Source of the DNA: Paragordius varius
Taxonomy: Eukaryota; Animalia; Nematomorpha
NCBI GenBank assembly: GCA_964247055.1
Contig: OZ176050.1
Location: 8,432,001 to 8,496,000, forward strand
Length of the DNA: 64,000 bases
Reading direction: 5' to 3'
Below are positions 12,498 through 24,795 of this stretch, piece after piece. The translations under genes were made by a program, and so were the position numbers. Position 1 is the stretch's first letter. Every line of letters begins with the position of its first letter. Below the pieces are notes generated by a model. The model had not been told where the DNA came from. It made no database searches and saw only the letters and a program-made list of their open reading frames with translations.

Positions 12498-13324
12498 TAA
12501 TTGACGAATTCATGACCAGCCAATCTAACGTCATATCCCAATATCTTTTGACATATTTCATTTTTAAAATGCCGCCCAGATCTAAGTTGAGACAAAACAA
12601 CAAGGATAACTTCAGCATATTTTATATATATTTGGCACATTTTGCCAAAAAATTTTATAATTGTGAACTCTTTGTTATATTTCTTCTAAATTGGAATCAT
12701 TATTATTAAATCATCAACATGCGTATGATCAAAATTTTAAGTTCAATAAAAGGTCAGAAGATCTCTTATAAAATTTATGAGAAATTACTAAAGATGGAAT
12801 TTTTCAAATACTAAAAAATAAAGAGATATCAAAATCACTATTTTTAAACTAATATTTTTTAAGCTATCATAAAAATTAATTTAGTGCCATAAAAAATTAG
12901 GGCCGCAGTTTAAAAATCGCTAATCTAAACCCAAATATCGTTAGAAAAAAATTCTAGTTTTGCACGGTTAAACACAATCTTAGATAAGAAAAGTCCTGTT
13001 TAAATACTGATATTAAAAGTTGTACTACTATTACAAAAAATTTAAAGTTATATAAATTTAAATGAAAGCTTGTTTAAATCTTAAAAATTACAGTCAAATG
13101 TTAATTCACAAAGGATCAGAGAGACATCTCTAAAACAATTTTTAAAAAAAATAATAAACTAAACGCTACACCCAAAAAGGTATCTTGATTTTCATTGATT
13201 TATAAATATGGAATTTATGCAATATTCAAAAAAGGTCCTATAATCACCGAAAGTTTTACCTAGTCGGTTATTAATCTGACTGTGATTGCTTATTGCTTTT
13301 AAAACCAAAATAAAAAAATAAAAC

Positions 13325-13406
13325 CGCTGCGAGTAGGGTTCGAACCTACGCGGGAAATTCCCATTGGATTTCAAGTCCAACGCCTTAACCACTCGGCCAT
13401 CGCAGC
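13325..13406 (-). tRNA. tRNA-Ser(TGA): tRNA-Ser, anticodon TGA
   Basis: GCTGCGATGGCCGAGTGGTTAAGGCGTTGGACT-TGA-AATCCAATGGGAATTTCCCGCGTAGGTTCGAACCCTACTCGCAGCG: 82 nt, cloverleaf with long variable arm, A/B boxes, downstream T-runs. Confidence 0.97.
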
Positions 13407-13455
13407 ACTACTTAGAAAAGCTTATTTTACAGATTATAAACTATTTTGTGTAAAT

Positions 13456-15513
13456 ATGTCAGCTTCAAAATTTATGCAACATTTTATCAGGGGAGGTTTG
13501 GGTCAAAGCATTTGTTTATATCTTACCAAGAGTCCCAATTCGCAATTAATACGAACATTTACGAATAATGCAAGGTCTGCTATTCAACCTGGTATTAAAC
13601 GACGTAGTTTAAAGGAAATTTTATTGGCACCTGCCGGACAAGGAGGTTTTTAGTTAATATATTTCAAGCGTTTACGTTGGGTCGTGGTGCTCTTATTGGT
13701 GGATCTGCTTTAGGACTTACGGCTTTATGCTATTATGGATTAGGACTATCCAAAGAAATAGGGGCTATTGATAAAGCAATGTAAAATTATAGTTAATAAT
13801 ATTTAGCGTATGGCCTAAAATTGTTAAAGAACGAATACAAAACACATATCTTTATTTTGGTGGTAGCCTTTTATTTACAGCAGGTTCCGCATATTATGTT
13901 GCTAGAAACGCTACTTTAATGAATATGTTTGCCAGGACATCGCTTTTAGTAAAATTTAAATAATATAAATAAAAAACAATTTTTCATATTTTAACTTATG
14001 AAACAGTAAACAAAATGATCATTTATTAATTTTTATTATAGTTAATTGGTTTAACTTTTGTTGCTGTGATTGATCATTTATTAATTTTTATTATAGTCAA
14101 TTGGTTTAACTTTTGTTGCTGTGATTGCAAGTGGTGCATTATGCAGATCCATTCCATACAATTCCGAAAACTTTCTTGTTAAACACGGCTCATGGATTCT
14201 TCACAACGGTGTTTTGGGCGCAATGGTTGCCCCCATGACGGTCCTTGGTGGCCCATTAATTTTAAGAGCCGCGGTTTATACGGCTGGGATCGTTGGAGGT
14301 TTATAATTTTACTCTATATAATATACCTATAATTACTGTTAAATAAACCATAATAATTTTAGGACTCTCTATGGTTGCTGCATGCGCTCCAAGCGATAAA
14401 TTTTTGACAATGTCTGGACCGCTGGCTATTGGATTGGGAACTGTTTTTGTGGCTTCCTTGGGTAAATATTAGATAAAATACTGATAATTTAGGCTTTTTA
14501 TATTTTATTACATTTCGCTAGTATTCGCAACAATAATTGGCTTGTAGTCGAAAAACGATATTTAGTTTTGTCATGTCTCTGTATGGATAATTTATTTAAA
14601 AAGGGCGTCCTATATAAATTTTAATAATATTGGGCAAAAATTTATAGTTTATGTGATTATATTTTTTAATAATATTGGGTAAAATAATATATATATTCCA
14701 GAAACCTGTCTAGGCCTTTTCCCTTACATTATGTTTTCTAACTTTTGGTACAATAGCTACAAATTACACATAATTTTTGTTTGATTTTATATTACATATT
14801 TTCCAAAGTATTTATCATATCTTTATAGAGATTTTTATTTAATACTTGTCTTTGTTCTATGTTTATAATGGAGACCATTTGTTCATATATTATATATGTT
14901 TTATAGGCGGGATGTTTTTGCCTCCAACCACAGCATTGGGTGCTGGTCTCTATTCCATATCTGTTTATGGCGGTTTGTTACTTTTTAGCGCATTCCTGCT
15001 TTACGATACGCAAAAGATTGTTAAATTGGCCGAAAATTATCCTACTCACAAAGGCGTTACACCATTCGACCCTATAAATGCGTATGTATTACCTAAAATT
15101 ATATAACATAACGGATCTTTACTCATTTAATTATTAGATTTGTTTAGTAGTATTTTCCCAACAATGTAATCTTTAAATGTGTAGCTAAGCTTTTTAACAA
15201 AATTTTAACTTAAATTTTTTAATACGGCGATTATCTTTGTCAATATATTATGCAAGAAGGGTTAATTCAAAATTCAACCATTAAGATATCAGACGTATAT
15301 CTAAGTGATAATTATTTTTTAGTACCTGATTTTATGACTATAAAAATGTCAAAAGCACTGATGAATGGATTAATAAATGCACATACAATTCATTATGGTT
15401 GTAATTTTATTTATAATTTTTGTTACAGATCAATGGGCATATATCTGGATACACTAAATATCTTTATGAGATTAGCCATGGTATTGGCTGGTGGATCTAA
15501 CAAACGAAAATAA
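13456..15513 (+). CDS. GHITM: Growth hormone-inducible transmembrane protein (mitochondrial Bax-inhibitor-1/TMBIM5 family), 7 exons, 334 aa
   Basis: Exons 13456-13645, 13669-13780, 13807-13948, 14097-14298, 14363-14461, 14907-15081, 15429-15513 join in frame; motifs ALCYYGLG..EIGAIDKA, VWP..VKERI, AAVYTAGIVGGL, FLLYDTQK, DPINA, IYLDTLNIFMR. Confidence 0.95.
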
Positions 15514-17150
15514 ACAAAGCTAACTAACCTATAATTACTAATTTAATGATTTTTTGCCAAAATTTAATAAACAGTTATTTTGGTAAAAACAATAAATTCT
15601 GTATGTATATTTTTGATTTTCAATTATGTTAACTCTAAGATGTATGTTTAAATTAACTGTTGTTTGAAATTAACCATCATTTTTCCTTTTAAAACATATT
15701 TTATTATATGGTTTTTAATAATTTATATAGTGTTTCAGAATATCACGATCTAAGTTATTTAGGTTATATGTTTTAATAATTACGGTTCTTTTGTTTAATA
15801 ACAGCGGATATAAACTCTGTTTTTTTATCGTTACATACACTTTTCTATTTGCCAAAAGTAAATTTTCTCACAAATTGATTGTATGATTTTTTTAAATGCA
15901 CAACTTTTAGCCGTGAAATATATTTAAGGTTTCATTCGTTAAAAATGGCTTAAACAACGGAATAAAAAAATATATGGTCAAAAGCTTTAAATGATCATTT
16001 ATTTTTAAATCAACAGCATTATTTTTTAAAATCAGCTGTTAGGTTCCATTGGATTGGGAACCAATTTATGTTTGTCCTTGTAGAATCAAATTTGATTTTT
16101 CAAATATTATACGTTTATAATACACCTAATAGATAAAAATAAGGGATCAGATTGTGGCAATTGTGTCCCATTGTAATTGCCGAACACATGTTACAAAATA
16201 ACAGAATTTTTTAATTGTAGCACGCTATATAATAAAATAATACAATTAATTTTTTTCCTGACAAATTTGGTTATTCTTTCTTTAAGCCCTTTAAGAAAAT
16301 ATTAATTATTTTTTCGAAAACCAGAGCTCCTTATTTTCTTATAAAATTTACACGTAGTGAAAAAGTTGTACTTTATAATATTAATTCATCGTCAATTTCA
16401 TAACATAGGATCTATATTAATTGTTTACATATCCTGTTAGCCCTTTCCCCTCAAGCAACTAGATAATGGCGATTTTTTGATACATTTTTATTGGGTTATT
16501 TAACTAAGGTATGACGATACAATTTTTATTAAAAGACACCCATATAATTTCCCAAATTATGAATGGTTAATCTAATTATTGAAAATATTTAGAAAAGTCC
16601 AAGATATTTTGATAATAAACAATGATGAATGCTACATATGGTTAATCAAAATTATATTTGATAAATTAACTATTGATTTTATAGATAGGTATATAAATAA
16701 TGATATCTGCAGCACTTAATGACTCCTTTATTACTTTTTAGTTAAACTTATTGATTCCATATTTATTTGTAATGATATTTTATCGACGAACGTGCACATT
16801 GTTCACAGGCATACCTGCCTTATATATACGTTATAGCGGAAAAAGCAACTGTCGAAACAATTTTAGGCTTTTTAAAAATATTATATTATAGTTATGCAAT
16901 TTTTTTTCCATAATAAACATAAGGATATATGTTTTATAAGAAATAATTATTGATAAATAAAAATAATATACAGTTAGAATTATTAAAAGTCATAAAAAGT
17001 TGCTAGTATTTGGTAGATTATTTGGTTTTTTTATTTAGCATATTTTCAGCACTGTTATATAATAATAGATTTATGAATATGAAAGCTTATTTATATTCAT
17101 AAATTAATATTTGATCACCAATATTCGCTATTAATAATTATTCATTAGCC

Positions 17151-20100
17151 ATGGATTCTGAAATGGTATTTTTTTAATTAATTCATATTCACATAATTTA
17201 AAAAAATTTGCATGGTATAATTTTAAAACAAAAAATATTTTTCTATGGTTTGTATGACCAAAAAAATATTTTAACTGTGGTGTTAAAGATATATTTTTTA
17301 TACTTTAAATGAAAATAATTTACAGTAAAAAAATAAAAAATGATAATAACATAAAAAAAATATTTTTTGGAAAAAAAACCAACCATATTTTTTCCCCTGA
17401 TTATTTATGATTTACCTATAAATACAATTGCGAAATGTTAAGTTGAAGGTGTTACCAATTTACATCCCTATTTTTTATTTCGCAACCCTTAATGATAGGT
17501 TTAATTTAAAATTTTTTTAAAATATTATTTTTTATAAAAAAAAATAATTTTCTATAGTATACTTTTTAAGATGGGTGACCGATAATAATCATGGCCAGTT
17601 TTGAAAAATAATTAGTAAAATAATTACATTTGTTTAACATATGAAACTATAATTTAACAAATATTATGAGTAAGTATACATAGCTAGAAAGTTATTAATT
17701 ATTGCCAAATAGTAAATACAACAAAGGGGGACAGTATTAATGGCTAATAATAGTAAAAAGTGAAAAAATAACTATAAACCAATAATACTGCCCTTTGTTG
17801 TATTTATTTGGAAATAATGAATAACTTTCTAGCATTGTATACTTACTCATGCTGTATTAAATAATTATTGTAGCATCTTATTTTTCTAAAAAATCGTCAT
17901 TGCCCTTTAGTTAATAATATTATGGGTATAATTGCTAAAATAGACTTAGTCGCTGGTCATTAAGATTTTTGACCAAACAAAACAATTTTAGTTCTTTTTG
18001 ATATTTTTACTCAGAGGAAATTTAGAGGGTACCCTGTTAACTCTCTAAATATATTTATTTAAACTGTTTTAAAAGTTTAAAATATAATAATTTATTTAAG
18101 GATGATCCCACTTTAGAGCGACACTTTAAAGGACATAAAGATGCTGTTACATCGCTTGATTTTCATCCCAATGCAAAACAATTAGGTTTTGTTTCAATTT
18201 ATTTATTGAATATTGAATAATGTTTTAAGTAATTTAAAAGATCTTTTATATTTTAATTTAGCCTCGGGTGGAATGGATGGGTTACTCATGTTATGGAATT
18301 TTCGGCCTCCAATGCGTGCCTATAAGTTTGATGATCATAAAGTAAAATATTAATATTTTATGTTTAAAGAGTAAACATTTCAAAGATCAATGAAATTAAC
18401 TCTGACTAAATAATTTTACATGTTTGACTAATTAATATGTATATATAGGTAAAATAGTGATTTTACTATAATAACCGTATATTTAATCTAAATCATTACC
18501 TTAATTAGGATGCAATATTCAGTGTGGCTTTCTCTCCAACAGGACATTTGTTAGCATCTGGCAGTCGCGACAAAACCGTGAGACTTTGGGTGCCCTCCAT
18601 GTAAGTTTTTATGTAGATGTTAATCATTTTATTGAAAAATGTTTTATTGTCCTATTATAACCATTTCCTCTCAAAATGACAATTATATTGTGAAACCTTT
18701 CAATTTATCCTAGACTATTTTTTGCATTTGCGTCATTGGTTTTATATACAGCACGGCGAACACTAACTTAAGCACATATTTATAAACCCAAAATATATTC
18801 TCTACTTATTAGCAATTTAAAATTTAATTATTTCTTATTTTAGCAAAGGGGAATCATCAGTATTCAAGGCCCACATGGCGACAGTTCGAAGCGTCGATTT
18901 TTCAAACGATGGTTTACTTCTTCTAACGGCATCTGATGATAAAACAGTTAAGGTAAAATGGTTTAAAACACATTTTAAGAATAAAATTATTAAATTTTTT
19001 TTGTGAAAAATAAGGTTGATTGCAATGTTTTTAATTAAGGGACAAAATCATCCAATATGACAATTTTCAAAAAATCGGATAAAAGGCAGTTAATATTGTG
19101 TATATTAAATAAAATTTTAAAAACCTACACTTTCGAAAATAGCTATGGTCGGTACAAAGACAGAAATATCAATACAGTTTTACTCAGCATACCAATTGGG
19201 TACGATGCGCAAAGTACTTATTTTTTTAACTAAACTTCTAATATATATTAAGTTTTTTTAAGTAATTACCTACCATAAAAAATATATGACATAAAATACA
19301 GATTCTCCCCTGATAGCCAATTAATAGTAACGGCAAGTGATGATAAAACTATAAAACTATGGGACCGTATAACTAAAGATTGTATTCACACCTATTTTGA
19401 GCATCATGGATTTGCCAATTTTGTGGAATTTCATCCGGGGGGAACGAGTTTTGCCGCGGCTTCAACCGATAGAACCATCAAAATTTGGGATTTAAGAAAT
19501 CATAAAATGTTGCAACATTATCAAGGTTTATAATTACTCTACATATATATATAGTTATGTTTTTTTGCAATTAAATTTTTCCCTTTTATAACTAAAGTCT
19601 GTAAGATATAAAAGTAGTACATTAAATTAAATTGCATCCTGTATAATATATTAGTTTATAACTAAATTATACAACTTTATGAAAATAGCGGCGGATAAAA
19701 GCATATAAAAAGTGAAATTGTAGTCGGCATAATATATAGACTACATTATTGTAAATAGCTCATGATGCGTCTGTAAATTCAATTTCGTTCCATCCGTCCG
19801 GCAATTACATTATAAGTGCCTCAAGTGATTCAACGCTAAAAATATTGGATTTAATGGAAGGACGTTTGTATTATACCCTTCATGGCCATCAAGTATATAA
19901 AATAACAACAATTATTTTTTCGAATAAAAGGATGTTTGTGAAAAAAAAACAAAAAAGATTATTATAGATTATTTTAATATATATATTTATGAGTTTTTTT
20001 ATATTAAACGAAAAATTTCAAGGGACCAGTGTTATCAGTCAAGTTTTCGAAAAGTGGTGAATATTTTGCATCTGGTGGAGCAGATGAACAGGTAAAAAAA

Positions 20101-21124
20101 TTTAAATATAAAACCATGCATGTTTAAAAAATACTTTGCGTTTTTAAGCTAAATTCCAATAATCAAGCGTTAAAAATTAACTATTTTATTTTAAATTCAG
20201 ATAATTTTTAGGTTTTAATATGGAAAACAAATTTTGACGCAGGTGATTACAGCAGTACATCAGCGTACTCTAAGGGCAAAATAGTGAGCCACATTCCACC
20301 ATCGATGCCCATGGAGGGAATTAACATTACGGCCCCTAATGTTTCACAAATGGGCCCACACATGTCTATGAGTTCAATGAGTGGAATAAACACAGCAGTG
20401 GAAAAGGCTACATCTAATAGTATGTCCGTGACAAGAGCTGCCAGTTTTAAGCGCAATAAAGCTGCACTTATACCCAAAGAGGTATCGAGTTAATTAATGA
20501 CAATGTAAGATAAAATGCGCCGCCACATTATACATAAAAAGTTTTATTTAATGTTTGGCCTTGCTTTTTTACTATCGTTTGTGCTGTAGGTGTAGATAGT
20601 TAACCTTTTTTTGTGATTAAAACGAGAATTGGGTGGGTTGTTTAATATATTTTAATCAGCAGTTTGGATGTATTAAAAAAAATACATTTTATAATGAATT
20701 TAAAGGCGGAAGAAGATTCAGATAATTCGGCGAAAGAGGATATCAAGGAAATGAAATCTTCGATGGATCATGTGATAAAACAACTTGAAGATTTAACACA
20801 GGTATATATAATAACAATACCAATAAAAATACAAAATCAGACATAAAAATGCCTAAAACATTGTAAAAAAGAAAGAAAAAAAACTTATTTAAGGACATTT
20901 TTTCCTAACATTTTTTAATAAATAAAATCATTTCTCATGGTATAGTACTAACTTACGGATAATTGACCCCAAGAATCTTAATTAATGGTGACACGAAAAT
21001 TATATTATAAACATATATAAAAATTTTTATTCATGAATAGACCGTATCAATTATTGAAGAGCGTACAACCATAACAGAAAATAAGATCTCAGAAATGATT
21101 GAAAATCAGAGAACAACAAATTAA
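17151..21124 (+). CDS. POC1: POC1 centriolar WD40 protein, 12 exons, about 442 aa (first exon tentative)
   Basis: Exons 17151-17165 (MDSEM, tentative), 18101-18185, 18262-18341, 18509-18600, 18844-18952, 19143-19213, 19302-19525, 19759-19892, 20023-20091, 20212-20481, 20706-20801, 21041-21124; [12 protein letters not shown] start, WD repeats, WKTNFD, and C-terminal [15 protein letters not shown] coiled coil. Confidence 0.92.
17600..17900. mobile_element. Palindromic MITE in POC1 intron 1
   Basis: ATGAGTAAGTATACATAGCTAGAAAGTTATT...ATACAACAAAGGG (about 17666-17730) is inverted at about 17790-17850; outer boundaries approximate. Confidence 0.55.
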
Positions 21125-21700
21125 CAAATAAACTCTTCCTTAGTTTATCTAAATTTTGATTACCTCCAAATTTATATCTTGAAGCTTTTATCTATTTGAG
21201 CTTATTAATGTGATTAAATAATAATTCCATTATTTTACGCTTTATAAACCAATAAAATTTATTCATATATTAATTTAATTTTATTGAGTTAAATTTGTAA
21301 ATAACATCAACAAAAGTATGGTGTTATAAACGTATTTGTTAAATAAATATAACCATAGATACGTATGTTACATATTATTATGTATTATATGATTGCTTTG
21401 CTATTACAAAACTACTGACTTAAATATACATTAAAGGTGATGTGTGTATTTTGCGTTTGGTGACATAACCCGTAATATATATGATATTGTATAGTTTCTG
21501 TGTAAAGGTTTTGCAAATTATATTAAAATTAATTTCTATATAAATAAATAAACAAACACATAATGATCAATGAATCCAATTAATGTGTGTTATTATTTCC
21601 AAATATATAATGATTGAAACTAAAACAATACAAATATAAATAAACCTTAAACAGTAAACCATCACCATCAAAGTAATATTGTATCATAACTATTCATCAA

Positions 21701-24700
21701 TCAACTTAACTTTGCATATAAGGGTGGTGAAAATTTACGTGCTAAAACTTTAAAAATAACCAAGGGGATGCAACTAATTAGCGTTACCACACTAACTTTC
21801 CACACAAAAGTCAATGAGCTACGTAACACGAAATCGCGGTCAAAATATTGTTCACGAAATACTACGAGAGTCAGGAGATAAACGACCAAACTAAACATTT
21901 CAGCCGATATAATGGCCCAATGTCTCCATCGTCTGACGGTTAAAGCGACCATAAGTAGTTCATTAAAGATGAGTGCTGTAAAAGTTATGGACACAACGTG
22001 GACGAATTCATCCTCAAACAAAAGGAAAGCTCCAAACATTATGACACTCCCTGTTGTAATATAAAAAATTAAATGTTTATTTTACCAGATTAATTAGTCT
22101 AAAAAAGCGTTAGATCAATCTGAAAAATGTTATAAATGTATATGATATATTGACACAAAAACGATAACGCATTTTTAATCATGGTTAAACATGTATAACC
22201 AACATGTAACAGAAAGGTAATTTTCATATAAAGGCCAAAAACCTAAGAAAATGAAATTGTTGAAAGAATTTTTAGATTTACAATTCAAAATTACTCTTGA
22301 ACAATTCAAATTCACCCTCGTACAATTCAAAATCTACCTTAAACAATTTTACCCTTAAAAATTCAAATTCACCCTTGAACAATCAAATTCACCCTAAAAA
22401 TAAAATGTGTGTTTTCGGGCTAATATAACTCACCATTAATAAGAAATATATTCTTATAGCATGGTTATTATTTTTTCAGTATTATATTAATTTTAAAGTT
22501 TCATTTTTTAAATATATATAAAATAATATAGGTAATTTTTAATTTTAAAGAACACATAATTTATTTTAGGGTGATTTTGAATTGTTCATGGGTGAATTTG
22601 AAATAAAGTGTAAATGGTATATACATAAGAAAAAAATAAGGAATCAGATGAAGAAATTATTCTCCTCAAACGTTATGTCAGAAGACCGTCGTTTTTTTCA
22701 TCATTAATTTTGGTTATGTATGGATATGCTATCTTTATACATTAGCGATAATATATTTAGTAAAATACGGTAAATTTATACAAAAATAACACAACACTGC
22801 AAAAAAATTAGGTAAAAAATTTATCCATAATTAATTAATACTCTTTCCTTTTATTTTATTTAAAAATAAAACGCCATCTATTTAATACCTTGATATATGC
22901 TAATAAGAACCCATATGAAGAATGTCTTGTATGAAAGAGCACGGCCCTAATAATAATAAAATATTTTTATAATTTCATGTATTAAAATGATTTTAGTTTG
23001 AGTCCATTAACTTGTCAACATTGTGGAATTCAATGAATAATACGATGAAATAATTAATAATTTTTATATTGGTGTTAAAAAAAACAAAAATAAATTTCAA
23101 TTAAATAAACAAGAAATTTAACACTTTTACTTTAACTAAATCTTGATAAAGTTCAGGATACATCATAGCTGTTTGAGGAGTTATATCTCGGTCGAGAATA
23201 ATGGAGAAAACCGGAAACATGGTGTATATTGTGGCATAACTATAAAATAAAAAAATTATATAATACAATGTTCTTTTTTAAATTATTATCGACATAAAAT
23301 ATTTATTACCCGATCATTAGATATCCCTGATAAAGTGCAACGGAAGCAAAGAAAAATATGGCGGAAAAAATGGCTTGCATGGTAGAAATAATGAGTCCGC
23401 GATGAATTATAAATTGACTAAGAGCGGCACTTCTTTTATAGCTATAGCGTCCATGAACTAGAATTAGGCGAGCTAAGAAGAAATATTGGTTCATAAGTAA
23501 AATAATGTGAGTAATCGTTTTTATTTGAGATGTCTGCTACCTTTAAATAAAAAGTATTTAAAAAAATGAATCCATGTGTTCCCTTTTAAATTATTTGATA
23601 AAATAAATTAATAGTGTATCTTAAGGGCTGTTAACCATTTTAATGCAAAACTGCAACATTATGATATTGGTCAAATATGCAAATAATAATTTTATATTTT
23701 AACTTATCATCTTAAATCTGGATTAGGAAAAAATAATAATACGGTGAAATTTAAAATTCGAATTTTTTTATACTAAATGTCATTATAGACCAAAGTAAAA
23801 ATCGGACAATAGAGTTATATTTATGTTGGCACTTTTGAACAAATATAATATTGAAGAGTTTTAATCTAATTTGTTTATATCATACTCAAATGTGAAAATT
23901 GACAAATGGAAAAATCAGCAGCCAAAGATGCCTGTTTCCCCTCTTTTCCGGCGATGCCGACACCAACATGGGCTGTTTGAATCATACTTACGTCATTTCC
24001 TCCATCCCCAATAGCCAAGGTTCTACATTTTGTCATTGCATTGCAATTACACCAATCTTGGTCGTTTGAACTGGGAGCGATATTGCCATCATGCATAACT
24101 TTAACATATAATAAAGTAAAATGAATATATAGTTTAAAATCTATTTTTTATATATTTTTCAATAAATAGAATATGGATTTCGTTTTGATTTCAGGCTCAT
24201 GAAAGGTGTAAAACGCTAGGGCGGGCTGACAGCCAAATGATGGAAAAATTGTACAGTTTTGGGCTCAAAATACTATCATATGTTGATACTTAAGACCTTA
24301 ATGGAAAAATAATATTGCTTAATCTATATAATATATATTGGCTTGATACCATTGGTATTAAATCTAGAATATATGTAAAGAAAGTAATTAGCAGGATTAT
24401 ACAATTGGTTAACTGAAAAAAATGCGAAAGATACGACACACATAAGTGACCTTAACATTATTGCATAACTTATATATAAAAAACAAAAACACTACTCTGT
24501 GTGTCATGTTTTGGACAGCATCCAACGCAACAACAAAACATCCGTTTACACAAATTTGTTTCATACAAAACATTATTGTTTGTCCTTCTTGCACTTGTTG
24601 TTAAGGGAGGCGAATTATCTGTAAAAAAGTAAATGTCAAACAAAATATGTCATACTTTTGTGTTTAATGGCATGCGGTTTGGTATGGAGGTAATAGGATG

Positions 24701-24732
24701 GCCTATTAATTATATAATATAAAGTGTTATAC

Positions 24733-24795
<63 letters not shown>

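Noticed and set aside
14846-15428. N-terminal parts of ORF-track entries 14846-15106 and 15250-15513
   Set aside because: They are intronic read-through upstream of true GHITM exons starting at 14907 and 15429.
16048-16080. ATTGGATTGGGAAC...TCCTTG similar to GHITM exon 5
   Set aside because: A 14-bp exact match plus a few bases, no flanking similarity or splice context; cannot be distinguished from chance.
16030-16900. Possible further gene split by tiny introns (several GT..AG segments of 24-44 nt)
   Set aside because: No splice combination I tried gave a stop-free, recognisable protein on either strand; needs RNA-seq.
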